Notes under the pieces: generated by a model
Database searches by the model: none
Seen by the model: the letters and a program-made list of their open reading frames with translations, nothing else
Told to the model about the DNA's origin: nothing
Part shown: one piece after another, positions 8,749 to 18,315 of the stretch
Numbering within the stretch: position 1 is the stretch's first letter
How the letters are laid out: every line of letters begins with the position of its first letter
Position numbers and translations under genes: made by a program
IMG/VR virus record: IMGVR_UViG_3300033144_006696
Span: 1 to 64,000 of that record
Source: a virus
DNA length: 64,000 nucleotides
Direction: 5' to 3' (one strand)

Positions 8749-11132
8749 TCATCTTTATAAATTTTATTACGTGAATAACCAGAGTATTTTAGAATACGCA
8801 CATTTTCATCTCGAAAATCAATGACTCTCGGTGTTTTATTTTTGTCTGGACGTAAAATTCTGCCAATGCTCTGTATTACCCTACCCTTCCACTTTACAGG
8901 AGTAGTTAAACACAAACAAGACAAACTGTCAAGTGAGAACCCTTCCCCGATTAATGAGAGTGTTGACAATAGAACCCTACATTTATTATTTTTCATATCT
9001 TTAATAATTTGTTTTCTTTTTTTGGATGCTGTTTTTCCAGAAACAACTAAATGATTAATTTTTATACTGTTTAACAATTTTGATAATGTATTTAAATGGT
9101 TCACCCTATCAGAAACAACTAAAATATTTCCATTATTATTTTTTATATCTGCATGGATTGTACGAACTATTAATTCATTCCTTTTTGGATCTTCCGTCAA
9201 TTTCTTAATGATAGTTGCGTATGGCATTTGATCCTCATCAATGAAACTTCTTGCTGCCCTAAAATTTGTTTTCACAAGAATAATTTGAGGTTTTAACACT
9301 TGTCCTTTTTCAAACAATAACTTCTTATCTACAGTATGGAGTTTGGGTCCCATATGCACATAGATTGCCCCTCCAAGACCATCTTTTCTGTAAGGTGTTG
9401 CAGATAATCCCATATAATGTTTTGCAGGGAATTGAATCAACGTATCGGACCATGTGTCGCTGGTTACACGATGACAGTTATGAACCAAAATGCCATTTGC
9501 AAAGTAGTTATTGTTGTCCTCAACTTCTATATTATAGACATAACCATCTGGACACACTTTTCCAAATTCTGATCCACTTCTGCGTTTGTGAACCGTAACA
9601 CTTTCCACCCTTTCCATTTTAAGAGAGATTCTTTCTTTCTGTCTAATTTCTTTCTTTGAATTGAATTGTGACTCTTTCCATCTATTTCTATTGCAATCTT
9701 CAATTTTCGATTTCCTAAATCCACTTTGTATACTTGTGGTACTTTCTTTTTCCGACACCACGCATGTTTGTTTCCATTGACATGATCTGCTGTTTTTACA
9801 GGTATTTCCATTTCCCATCCAAGTGCAATTGCCATTTTTTCTTGTTGGGGAGTCGGTCCAGTTCCGTTCCCACCTCTTGCTCCAAGCCATACATTGAATG
9901 TTCCATTTATTCTCCTCTTGGATTTCATTTTTTCTATGTTTAATGATGAGTGCATTGGGTTCGTTTCTGTCATCCGTTTGCTGTTGGCTCTCCTGGCCTG
10001 TTTTGATTTTGAATATAGGATTGTAGCTTTCATTCCACACTCCGGTGTGCAATATACATTTTTGTTTTGATTTGCTCTTTTTCTCTGATAAGGTGTTTTG
10101 CACTCTATAATTTTTTTGCAACTTGGACAAACGGTCATGATCTTTTTCATTTTGTTCTCCTTTTAAAATAGTATACTCTGTGGCTAACACAGAGTTATCA
10201 TTTAATTCGGAGGCTGTCAAGTACTCATTTCCATCAAAGAATGTGTGATTTGTTGTGCATACATTCTTTTTGCCATTTTTTAATTTCACAGTACATAGTG
10301 TATCAGGTTTATGTTTAAATACATTGAGAACTTTTTTCAATTCTATTAGATTTGTTTCATGGTTAAAACTATTTACATAATCACCAATCTTTATTGTTTC
10401 AATTGGCTTATCTCCAATTAATGTGCCTGCAATAAAACATTCGTCGCAAATTATATGGCCAAATTTACGTTCAAGTTCAGGCATTTTATTTTTTACCGTA
10501 TTGATTATTCCCACAGAGACATCTTTGATATTAAATTTCCCATCACCGATTATTCCACAGTCATAATCAAGAAACTTCTTGATTGATTCTTGCCATTGAT
10601 ACAGTAATTCTTTTGTATGAATTATTATTAATGTTGGTTGTTTTCTTTTTGCAATTACAGCGATAGCTATTATTGTTTTGCCTGAACCTGTATTTGCTTT
10701 AAGAACACCTATTGGATATCTCCGAATAATATCATTTACTGCAATTTCTTGGTAATCCCTTAACTTACCTTGAAACTTCAGATTTATTCCAGGTAGAGTC
10801 AAGGTTCTATCATCAATCTTAACTGGATAACCATTGTTTTTGAGCCATTTTTTCATGACCCAAATATAACCTCTTGGTGACCATATAATTTTACCATCGC
10901 GTGATACGGCAAAATATCTTATTTTTTCTGGTATGTCTGATGACACATAAGACCCAAATCTTATTGCATCATCGTAAGCTTTATTTTTGTATGTTAAATC
11001 TGAAAATAATTTCCTCATCGCCTCTTCATCTAAACCATAGTAGCGGCAGCCTTTGCCGATTTGTATGGTAACTGTATTTTTACCATTCTCCATCATAATA
11101 ATTACCACTATCTTCATTTGATTCATTATCAA
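8739..11132 (-). CDS. SF2 (DExH) helicase containing an intein
   Basis: NTGSGKT Walker A, DE|CH motif II split by intein, GLSATP motif III, QSIGRILR motif VI. Confidence 0.9.
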   Translation of the reverse strand: MIMNQMKIVVIIMMENGKNTVTIQIGKGCRYYGLDEEAMRKLFSDLTYKNKAYDDAIRFGSYVSSDIPEKIRYFAVSRDGKIIWSPRGYIWVMKKWLKNNGYPVKIDDRTLTLPGINLKFQGKLRDYQEIAVNDIIRRYPIGVLKANTGSGKTIIAIAVIAKRKQPTLIIIHTKELLYQWQESIKKFLDYDCGIIGDGKFNIKDVSVGIINTVKNKMPELERKFGHIICDECFIAGTLIGDKPIETIKIGDYVNSFNHETNLIELKKVLNVFKHKPDTLCTVKLKNGKKNVCTTNHTFFDGNEYLTASELNDNSVLATEYTILKGEQNEKDHDRLSKLQKNYRVQNTLSEKKSKSKQKCILHTGVWNESYNPIFKIKTGQESQQQTDDRNEPNALIIKHRKNEIQEENKWNIQCMAWSKRWERNWTDSPTRKNGNCTWMGNGNTCKNSRSCQWKQTCVVSEKESTTSIQSGFRKSKIEDCNRNRWKESQFNSKKEIRQKERISLKMERVESVTVHKRRSGSEFGKVCPDGYVYNIEVEDNNNYFANGILVHNCHRVTSDTWSDTLIQFPAKHYMGLSATPYRKDGLGGAIYVHMGPKLHTVDKKLLFEKGQVLKPQIILVKTNFRAARSFIDEDQMPYATIIKKLTEDPKRNELIVRTIHADIKNNNGNILVVSDRVNHLNTLSKLLNSIKINHLVVSGKTASKKRKQIIKDMKNNKCRVLLSTLSLIGEGFSLDSLSCLCLTTPVKWKGRVIQSIGRILRPDKNKTPRVIDFRDENVRILKYSGYSRNKIYKDEWG
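9477..10439 (-). mobile_element. Intein (321 aa) in helicase motif II with no in-frame nuclease domain
   Basis: Starts CFIAGTLI, block B CTTNHTFF, block F VYNIEVEDNNNYFA, ends LVHN followed by extein Cys. Confidence 0.9.
9527..10150 (-). CDS. Vsr/DUF559-like PD-(D/E)xK endonuclease nested in the +1 frame of the helicase intein
   Basis: CPSC..CTPEC Zn motif; YKVDLG...IAIEIDGKSH...DRKKESLLKWKGWKVLRFTN; own SD AAAGGAG 6 nt before ATG. Confidence 0.85.
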   Translation of the reverse strand: MKKIMTVCPSCKKIIECKTPYQRKRANQNKNVYCTPECGMKATILYSKSKQARRANSKRMTETNPMHSSLNIEKMKSKRRINGTFNVWLGARGGNGTGPTPQQEKMAIALGWEMEIPVKTADHVNGNKHAWCRKKKVPQVYKVDLGNRKLKIAIEIDGKSHNSIQRKKLDRKKESLLKWKGWKVLRFTNAEVDQNLEKCVQMVMSII

Positions 11133-11289
11133 TATCTTTTAAATTACCATGTGTGCTTATATCAAGAATAATAAAATTTTCTTGATCAATCCCTGTTTGT
11201 CTTTTTTCAGATTCTATAGCATTTTTATCAATTAATCTCAGTATTAATTCCGCAAATGCCCACATAAGTAAATCAACAATTAATCCCAT
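11080..11289 (-). CDS. Hypothetical protein
   Basis: ORF with AAGGA SD, overlaps the extended helicase ORF start. Confidence 0.4.
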   Translation of the reverse strand: MGLIVDLLMWAFAELILRLIDKNAIESEKRQTGIDQENFIILDISTHGNLKDIDNESNEDSGNYYDGEW

Positions 11290-11302
11290 ATTTATTCCTT
11301 TC

Positions 11303-11324
11303 GTGGGGATGTTTTCATCCCCAC
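11303..11324. terminator. 9-bp GC-rich hairpin
   Basis: GTGGGGATG-TTTT-CATCCCCAC between genes. Confidence 0.5.
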
Positions 11325-11338
11325 CAGTTAATTATGAT

Positions 11339-11695
11339 TTACCGAAAATTCCAGCGCATAATCGAATCTAATGGCTTTCTCCATTTAGAGTAGACTGTTT
11401 CAGGAACTACTTTCTTTAATGGTGTTAATTGAACTTTAACCAATGAAGGGAAGTGTGTCATCAATTTATTTCTTTTGAGGTAGTCGAAGAGGGTACGTGA
11501 ACTGATTTCTGTAAATTTTAATGTTTCAGAAATGGTCAATTCATCTCCAGCATTGTTTTTATATTTACCCTTTGCAAGAGGACCAAAATCCTTTTTGATC
11601 TCTTTTAGACGATCTTCAATTTCTTTTTTTGTTTTGTTAAGTTTTGATGCTTCTGCCAAAAGAAGTGATTGTCTGTCATCAAATGTGGTTGTCAT
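11339..11695 (-). CDS. Hypothetical protein
   Basis: 118-aa ORF. Confidence 0.65.
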   Translation of the reverse strand: MTTTFDDRQSLLLAEASKLNKTKKEIEDRLKEIKKDFGPLAKGKYKNNAGDELTISETLKFTEISSRTLFDYLKRNKLMTHFPSLVKVQLTPLKKVVPETVYSKWRKPLDSIMRWNFR

Positions 11696-11697
11696 GT

Positions 11698-11922
11698 TTA
11701 TTTTCCCTTGTTTTTACGGTTTTTCCTTCTGATTATCTTTTTTGCTCTTGCTGTTGCCCTTGCTGCAATATCATCATTAACCATTGATTTTACATGATTT
11801 TCTAATGTTAATCTGATGTATGATGATAAAGTTCTACTTTCGTCTTTAGCAAGAATTAATAATTGGTTTTTAAGTTCTTTTGGATAACTAAATGATAATC
11901 TACTGATTGTTTCATCTGCCAT
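11698..11922 (-). CDS. Ribbon-helix-helix (Arc/CopG-like) DNA-binding protein
   Basis: SRLSFSYPKELKNQLLILAKDESRTLSSYIRLTLENHV. Confidence 0.65.
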   Translation of the reverse strand: MADETISRLSFSYPKELKNQLLILAKDESRTLSSYIRLTLENHVKSMVNDDIAARATARAKKIIRRKNRKNKGK

Positions 11923-12074
11923 AATAATTTCCCTGTTTTAAATTAAAAATGTTTCACAAAAACTTATAAAATTAATATAAAACATTTTTAATTTAAAATC
12001 AATCTTTTTAATGATAAAATGTTTTATTTAGATTCCCTTATACAACCTATCTGTATGTTTTAAAATGGCACAAA

Positions 12075-12281
12075 TCAGATTAAAACCAGAGTAACAGAGC
12101 CAGATTTTTTAATACTGGCAGTCCCAATGAATTCTACTTCATTTCTGGTACGTTCTGATGTTGAATAAGTGATATAACGTCTGGAACTATCAATGGTGAT
12201 GACTTCCCCAATCATTGTAATTAATCCACTTGTAAAACAGCCTTGGCCTTGTTTAATTTCCTGCATAGTGTATTTTTTCAT
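12075..12281 (-). CDS. Hypothetical protein
   Basis: ORF with AAGGAG SD. Confidence 0.5.
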   Translation of the reverse strand: MKKYTMQEIKQGQGCFTSGLITMIGEVITIDSSRRYITYSTSERTRNEVEFIGTASIKKSGSVTLVLI

Positions 12282-12290
12282 TATATCTCC

Positions 12291-12616
12291 TTATATTTCT
12301 AGTTCTTTAATTTCACCAACCAATAATGCCAGAAGGTCCTTGGGGATGTCTGAATTATCATATTCATTTATCATGAACCACTTGGCTGCTTCTGCGTCGC
12401 TGATTTGGATGTATGTTTCTGAGGTTTCTTGCCATTGAGACCAACTATTAAGCACCTAACGACTAGAAGCAGTTCTGTAAAGACTGTGGTGATTGTGTTG
12501 TCCTGCTGACTTAGATACATTGTTGTTGCCGTCCCATTCTGGTGATCTGCAAATTTTTGTGCCTTGTCTGCATTAAACCATTGGCCATCACCAGTTGTTA
12601 ATGCAATTCTTTCCAT
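12291..12616 (-). pseudogene. Decayed paralog of the 2579-2902 gene
   Basis: MERIALTTGDGQWFNADKAQKF, then 1-nt deletion, then WDGNNNVSKSAGQH...R*VLNSWSQW...EAAKWFM.NEYD.SDIP.DLL; TAG at 12456-12458 replaces Trp. Confidence 0.85.
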
Positions 12617-12740
12617 GATCGGATCTCCTTTTGTTACTCGTTTCTTTGTTGATTTAATGAGCATTTAAAAAGAATACATATATTGACATACAAATCTTTT
12701 TAAATGCTCTAAAATCAGCTTTTAACAGTTCTTAACAGTA

Positions 12741-12989
12741 TTATTTCAATCTATTCTTAATATGTTTTTGAATTTCAGTTGGAAGATCTTTCAATTCAAT
12801 CTTTTTTCCCAGGTGATCACCTTCAACACAATCACCAAACATACTCACTCCTTGTGGACTGTTTGGGTTCATACTGATTGATAATGATAAAAGATGTGAT
12901 GTGGAAGAATCCCTATGTGTTGTTACCACAGTAATGCGGTCAATTGTCTCTCCCTCGTTGTCCCAAATTGATCTTATTTTTAAACTCAT
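12741..12989 (-). CDS. Conserved hypothetical protein
   Basis: DNEGETIDRITVV...PQGVS...HLGKKI...LP motif. Confidence 0.65.
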   Translation of the reverse strand: MSLKIRSIWDNEGETIDRITVVTTHRDSSTSHLLSLSISMNPNSPQGVSMFGDCVEGDHLGKKIELKDLPTEIQKHIKNRLK

Positions 12990-13294
12990 GATGAATACTC
13001 CTTTTTAGATTTTTTGGTTAAATTTTCAATCAATTCATTAAGGCCAAGGAACAATTCTTTTGGGTCAATTCCCATACTACACGGGCAGTTTTTTTCATTA
13101 CCATAAATAGCCATTACGCCGAATTTTTTATGGCAAAGATTGCAAAATATTTCATCGCGTTTATTGCTGCTCCCTCTATTACATTGTTCAGTATTTGAAT
13201 TATTATCATTATTTGGGCATGTTTTTCCACAGACACCATTTAAAGTATCTCTTAGTAGTTTATAATGAGCTGCCAAATACGTGTTGCTTATCAT
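12986..13294 (-). CDS. Cys-rich hypothetical protein; paralog of 20918-21370
   Basis: Shares NCPC.MGIDPK.LFLGL with the 20918-21112 ORF. Confidence 0.65.
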   Translation of the reverse strand: MISNTYLAAHYKLLRDTLNGVCGKTCPNNDNNSNTEQCNRGSSNKRDEIFCNLCHKKFGVMAIYGNEKNCPCSMGIDPKELFLGLNELIENLTKKSKKEYSS

Positions 13295-13348
13295 TATTGA
13301 ATCTCCTTGGTTATTTCATGTTTTTTTGTGTCTATTTAATTATTGCTT

Positions 13349-13534
13349 TTATATGATTTCTATTGTGACTTTGATGTTTTTTGGTGTATGCAGGAATTCT
13401 TGTAACCATTCACTTTCAAGATCAATTGTTATATGATTATTATCTTCACTAATAACCGCATCATCATTTTCCAAAATTAATGGAATACTTGTTATTGATA
13501 ATTTCATTTTATTATCATTAATTTTTACTTTCAC
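13349..13534 (-). CDS. Hypothetical protein
   Basis: ORF, AGGAGG SD. Confidence 0.5.
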   Translation of the reverse strand: MKVKINDNKMKLSITSIPLILENDDAVISEDNNHITIDLESEWLQEFLHTPKNIKVTIEII

Positions 13535-13545
13535 AATTACCTCCT

Positions 13546-13860
13546 TTATTCATCTTCGCATTGTCTACAAATATAATCTGGTCCATAACAATTTCCTACG
13601 TAATTGCCATGCTTACAGATGTCTCCTGGAACATTACGCCAACCTTGTGGAAATTCTTTTTCTGCTTTTTCAATACATGAATCACATAATAATAATTCAC
13701 CATTAATTCCAGTACAACCGCATGAACTCTTTACCATTTTGTATCCATATCTATTCGGAACGCATTGCATTACCTTATTTTTACACACCATATTTAAATC
13801 TCCTTTTGTTATAATTAATTTATTATCAGATGGTTTATCTGAACATTGATAAACCATCAA
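13546..13860 (-). CDS. Cys-rich hypothetical protein
   Basis: ORF track; true start may be internal (MVCK, AGGAG SD). Confidence 0.55.
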   Translation of the reverse strand: MMVYQCSDKPSDNKLIITKGDLNMVCKNKVMQCVPNRYGYKMVKSSCGCTGINGELLLCDSCIEKAEKEFPQGWRNVPGDICKHGNYVGNCYGPDYICRQCEDE

Positions 13861-13884
13861 ATAGAGAATTAATTAATGTCCACT

Positions 13885-14223
13885 TCAGAAACATTCATCT
13901 TTATAATTAATTTTGTAGAAATTAATCTCACATTTCCAATCACCAAGGTTTTCATTTAATGACCATCCATAGATTAACCATGACATCCTGATATTTTTAT
14001 TATTATCATTGTTGATCAACTTCATTCTGTTAATAATTGCTTCTGTCGTGGTTTTGTTGATTGTTATGGAGTTGTAACTTATAGATTTTACCTCATTCCA
14101 GTGTGGTATTGCCCATTTGTTTATCAAGATAATACAATCACTTGGTTTTTCATACTTTGCAAATGGTAGAATTTCTTCAATTTTCTTTTCATCTAATTTT
14201 ACTTTTAATTTTCCTTTTATCAT
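13885..14223 (-). CDS. Hypothetical protein
   Basis: ORF track. Confidence 0.55.
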   Translation of the reverse strand: MIKGKLKVKLDEKKIEEILPFAKYEKPSDCIILINKWAIPHWNEVKSISYNSITINKTTTEAIINRMKLINNDNNKNIRMSWLIYGWSLNENLGDWKCEINFYKINYKDECF

Positions 14224-14336
14224 TTTGATCCTTTTTTTTTGCTAAAATAAAGTATTTAAATGCTTGTTTTATAACATTTTGTTTATTTTACATAGCAATG
14301 TATACGTGAGATTTTAACAGTCTTAAAATAGCGTTT

Positions 14337-14633
14337 TTACTGTACCCAGATCAATTCATATTTTTCTGGAAGTGAATTACAAGGGTATTCTATGTCATCA
14401 CTATAATCCATGTTATGATCACAAGGATATTCTACATCTTCAATAGTTACCATCACACATTTACCAGTTGATTGTGAGAAATAAATAATTGGTAATTTAA
14501 ACCAAGAATTTATTGAAATCCATATTATATTTATAAACATAACAACAATTATCATATATCCAATAAAGTACAGAATATGTTTTATTTTCATTTTATGTAT
14601 CTCCAAATTTTGCATTGTCTTCAAACATGCCAA
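14337..14633 (-). CDS. Hypothetical membrane protein
   Basis: Hydrophobic segment ILYFIGYMIIVVMFINIIWISI. Confidence 0.5.
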   Translation of the reverse strand: MACLKTMQNLEIHKMKIKHILYFIGYMIIVVMFINIIWISINSWFKLPIIYFSQSTGKCVMVTIEDVEYPCDHNMDYSDDIEYPCNSLPEKYELIWVQ

Positions 14634-15036
14634 TAAATCGTTCTGGGATTTTTCCGTACCAGTTCAATTTGTTGGTAAAAATAACATTACCATTAAAAAA
14701 TTTGATTTCATTCCTTCCATCAAGAACATCCCCATATTCGGGGATGGTGTAAAAATACCCATCAATGATTATTATATTAGTTCTTTTTTCAATGGGAATT
14801 GAAATTTTTGAAAACCAGAAATTACAAGTATCACAGAAGCTATGGTTTGCATTAATGTTAATTTCTTTGCTGGCACATAGACGACATCCACCGTTTTCTT
14901 CATTTATGTTCTGACATTCTTGTTGAACAACTGGATGCCATGTGGGATTAATAATATCTCCCGGTTTGAAATTCTCTCTGGGCCATACTTTAAACTTTGC
15001 TTCTTCTTCATCTGAAAGTACTCGCCATATATTCAT
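14593..15036 (-). CDS. Hypothetical protein
   Basis: 147-aa ORF, AAGGA SD. Confidence 0.6.
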   Translation of the reverse strand: MNIWRVLSDEEEAKFKVWPRENFKPGDIINPTWHPVVQQECQNINEENGGCRLCASKEININANHSFCDTCNFWFSKISIPIEKRTNIIIIDGYFYTIPEYGDVLDGRNEIKFFNGNVIFTNKLNWYGKIPERFIGMFEDNAKFGDT

Positions 15037-15253
15037 ATTATTTTCCTTTAATTTTAAGCTTTCTATTTGCTAAGAGGGCTTATTTTTGTTAACTTAATTT
15101 TATGATTGCTGTTAATGAATTGTCTTTATCAGGTTCAATAACAGCAATCTGGTGAGGTTATTAATATAATTTTGTGTAAGGCTATTTAAATTATATTTTT
15201 CCTATCCGAGACATTGCTCTGCCGTAAGTTTATGGTAAATAGCTTTATCAAAA

Positions 15254-15514
15254 TCATTCCTTATTTAATTTAATTTGTTTAAGTGTTTTCAGTGAATTTT
15301 TTAATCTTTTTATTTCTTTTTCATGGGAATTAACCATACATTGTTTAAGTTCATCAAACCCCTGTTGAAGAGTTTTTGTTATAGGACAATGAAACCATCC
15401 TTGGGGATGTGGAAAGGACTGTTTATCAACTCTTTCCACATTGTCTGTTTTACAACATAAAATAACCCACTCATTATGAATGTTTTGTGAAATTTTTATA
15501 TGAAAATATTTCAT
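15254..15514 (-). CDS. Hypothetical protein
   Basis: ORF track. Confidence 0.5.
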   Translation of the reverse strand: MKYFHIKISQNIHNEWVILCCKTDNVERVDKQSFPHPQGWFHCPITKTLQQGFDELKQCMVNSHEKEIKRLKNSLKTLKQIKLNKE

Positions 15515-15523
15515 AATTATTTC

Positions 15524-15787
15524 TTATACTTTATAAATATTTTGGCAATCGTTATCAAGTTCATCCCCGTTGTAATAAGCACATAAACAAGAATGGCAGA
15601 TTTTAACCTCATAGTAATCTGATTTTCTATTTATTTCATCTGTCCAGAACCATGCTTTGCAATCATAAATATCACAACCTAATCCATTATTACAATTGCT
15701 GCAACCAGTATATGAGAAATATTTCTTAGCGTCTTTTTCTTCTTCACCAACATCTAAACCGAATATTTCATTATTGTTAATTTTCAT
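15524..15787 (-). CDS. Cys-rich hypothetical protein
   Basis: CSNC, CHSC motifs; GAGG SD. Confidence 0.55.
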   Translation of the reverse strand: MKINNNEIFGLDVGEEEKDAKKYFSYTGCSNCNNGLGCDIYDCKAWFWTDEINRKSDYYEVKICHSCLCAYYNGDELDNDCQNIYKV

Positions 15788-15918
15788 TTAAACCTCTTCT
15801 ACTATTTTAATTTTAGTGTACCTGGAACCAATAGCATTAAACATACCTTTTGTAAAAAGAACTTCTCTGATACTACCTTTATGATTAAAACTATGATCAG
15901 GTTGCAATATAATATCTC

Positions 15919-16170
15919 TTATGAAATAATCATCTGATTGATTTCAGTTGAGTTATCAAAAATGATGCAACAAGAACACCGAAAGATATGTTCTTGACCA
16001 TTTTTGAGTTTAATAATAAAATCTGCATCAGGGTTATTCATGGTTTCAATGCTTTTCACACTATCTGTGGAAAATCTACCGTTATGATAATTCTTTACAT
16101 AATCTCTATGGTCAAATATTTTCATTACATTTCTCCCAATCTTGTTTATAAACAACAAACTGTATATCAA
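15919..16170 (-). CDS. Hypothetical protein
   Basis: ORF track; probable start at internal MKIF (GGAG SD). Confidence 0.45.
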   Translation of the reverse strand: MIYSLLFINKIGRNVMKIFDHRDYVKNYHNGRFSTDSVKSIETMNNPDADFIIKLKNGQEHIFRCSCCIIFDNSTEINQMIIS

Positions 16171-16663
16171 TTTGTTGTTTGGTTAGTATTACGTAAATAC
16201 CCCTCTTTGTATTAGTAATACAATTTATTCCGGTGAGTTTTGTAAATTCACTTAATAAAATATGAGTTTCTTCTGGCATAAAAAAATCATTACCAAGCAT
16301 ATTTAAAATATTTATATAAAAACCATTTTTTGTATAAATATCAATGATTCTTTGTAAAACAACATCAAATTTTTCATAATTAATATCACCATAATTACAT
16401 AATCTGTCTTCTAAACTTGGTGATTTTAATATCAATGATTCAATATCATCTGTTGTTGGGTTCCATCTATCCGTGTGTTCAATGGATTTATTTATTTTTA
16501 CTTTGGTTACTACACGAAGATCTCCATGCAATATTGTTTGACTTGGTTCTTCATAGAAATAGAATCCACTACCATATTGCATCAAAGAATTTTCTGTGTG
16601 TAGGTACTTATTTTCAAATTTCTCAAAAATTGCATTGGTACCATGATAGAGTGTTTTTATCAT
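16112..16663 (-). CDS. ADP-ribosyltransferase-fold-like protein
   Basis: N-terminal LYHGT...F..F...YGSGFYF motif typical of ART/PARP-like folds; AAGGAG SD. Confidence 0.5.
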   Translation of the reverse strand: MIKTLYHGTNAIFEKFENKYLHTENSLMQYGSGFYFYEEPSQTILHGDLRVVTKVKINKSIEHTDRWNPTTDDIESLILKSPSLEDRLCNYGDINYEKFDVVLQRIIDIYTKNGFYINILNMLGNDFFMPEETHILLSEFTKLTGINCITNTKRGIYVILTKQQIDIQFVVYKQDWEKCNENI

Positions 16664-16767
16664 ATTTTCTCCTTTGTATAATTAATCTTCTATTCGATGG
16701 CTCATCCATTGTTTGAGCCACCTGATAGAATGTTAATTATTTTTTTCTCATTTTATTATACTCTTCC

Positions 16768-17103
16768 TTATGACATATAACTCCCAAGAATTGCAGCATC
16801 ACCACAATCTGAGATCTTTATCAGGACGCCAGAAAAGAATGAATCGGAGTGATATCCTTGCCACTTATCTCCAAATGGTGAGTTTTTGTCAAGATTCATA
16901 AAATCAGACAGGTGGTACCATGTTTTGTGGTATTTCAACCATCCGATTGCTTTATCCTCCTCTTCCAACCAATCATAATCATCAAGTACTTTTTTTGGTA
17001 CTTGATGATTATATTTGATTTCTTGGTAATTATTTGACCATGTGATTGTTGTTCCGCCAATTATTTCTTTCATTTTATCCCTCCTGTTGGTCCATTTTTG
17101 CAA
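16768..17103 (-). CDS. Conserved phage hypothetical protein
   Basis: WYHLSDFM...WQGYHSDSFFSGVLIK motif. Confidence 0.6.
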   Translation of the reverse strand: MQKWTNRRDKMKEIIGGTTITWSNNYQEIKYNHQVPKKVLDDYDWLEEEDKAIGWLKYHKTWYHLSDFMNLDKNSPFGDKWQGYHSDSFFSGVLIKISDCGDAAILGSYMS

Positions 17104-17746
17104 GTCTTAATCCATTTGCCAGGATTTCATTTTTATCAATGTCTTTATAAGTATACCCTAGTGTTTCAAGAGCATCCATATCATTCCAGGTATAACAGAA
17201 TTCTCTATTGGCTAATTCGTATGAAAACATATCCTTTATGAATCCTTCACCAGTTTTGTCAGACTCAATGGCATCAGTCATTTCTTTTTCCTGCCGTTTG
17301 TAAAACTCCTTAAACAATTTGGAATCTTCCCTTTTATAAAACCCACCATAATTCATTTTATAAATCTTGTCTGTATCAGTTACTTTCAGACCGAATTTTT
17401 CCATACCCTCTGTAAACTGTTCCTTGCTAAAAGCAAAGAACATCGGCAGTGCCTCAAATTCTTTTTGGTGTCTATTTTTTATGTCAATATATTTTTCCAC
17501 CAGAATCGGCACATACAGATAATGCCAGTCATTATGGAATATTTTGTCATTACTACTGGATTTCAGATTATGACGTTGGTTGTTTTCCATAAAATGAGGG
17601 CCATATACCTTTGTTGGAATCCCTTTTACAAGATTGCCAGCAATATATACTTTCTGACCTTTTTCAGCATCTTCCCAGTTTATAGGTTTAAAATTTTCAA
17701 TTGGTAATGACATTTTATTCTCCTTAAAAAAGTTCAAGTTCACCAA
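17075..17746 (-). CDS. Conserved hypothetical protein
   Basis: PMFFAFSKEQF.EGM...GGFY...F..ELAN.E...T motif in C-terminal half. Confidence 0.65.
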   Translation of the reverse strand: MVNLNFFKENKMSLPIENFKPINWEDAEKGQKVYIAGNLVKGIPTKVYGPHFMENNQRHNLKSSSNDKIFHNDWHYLYVPILVEKYIDIKNRHQKEFEALPMFFAFSKEQFTEGMEKFGLKVTDTDKIYKMNYGGFYKREDSKLFKEFYKRQEKEMTDAIESDKTGEGFIKDMFSYELANREFCYTWNDMDALETLGYTYKDIDKNEILANGLRLAKMDQQEG

Positions 17747-17967
17747 GGGAATGTCCCTGGAACAATATCACCATTGTTTTCACAGAAATCTTGAATGGTA
17801 TCAAGATTCAATTTATAATTATTGATTTCTAAGTTAAGAATTATATCAGACATGCTAAGGGTAATTCTGATATTGGTATCCTTATGGATAGTATCAACAA
17901 AATTATCCACAAGATTGTCATCTTTTGCCGCATCACATAAAATCTTCATTGTCTCTTTTTTATTCAC
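17740..17967 (-). CDS. Hypothetical protein
   Basis: GTG start with GGAGG SD. Confidence 0.5.
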   Translation of the reverse strand: MNKKETMKILCDAAKDDNLVDNFVDTIHKDTNIRITLSMSDIILNLEINNYKLNLDTIQDFCENNGDIVPGTFPW

Positions 17968-18175
17968 TTTCTACCTCCGTCAATACTAATACTACCAATA
18001 CATTTAAATTTTCTGCCAGAATTTTGGCTCCTTTGTCAGTTGCTTTTTGCCATGTCATCAAACCATGACTTGCTTGAATTTTAATACCATTTATTTTTTT
18101 CGTAGTGTATAATTCATACATAATTACCTTTCCTTTTTCATCTTTTTACATCTGTTTTAATTTTTTTTCATCTCT

Positions 18176-18211
18176 TTGACAACAATATAATTGTTATTTT
18201 ATTGTTGTCAA
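18176..18211. promoter_or_regulatory. 12-bp inverted repeat carrying TTGACA on both strands; minus-strand promoter TTGACA-17-TATATT
   Basis: TTGACAACAATA-N12-TATTGTTGTCAA. Confidence 0.5.
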
Positions 18212-18315
18212 ATAATAAAAATAAAGCGTTTAAATTGTTGTTTAATAGCGTTTTAAAAATTTTGAGTAATAGACTATCAATAAAATTTAAAGCTGTTAAA
18301 CAGCGATTTTCAGTT

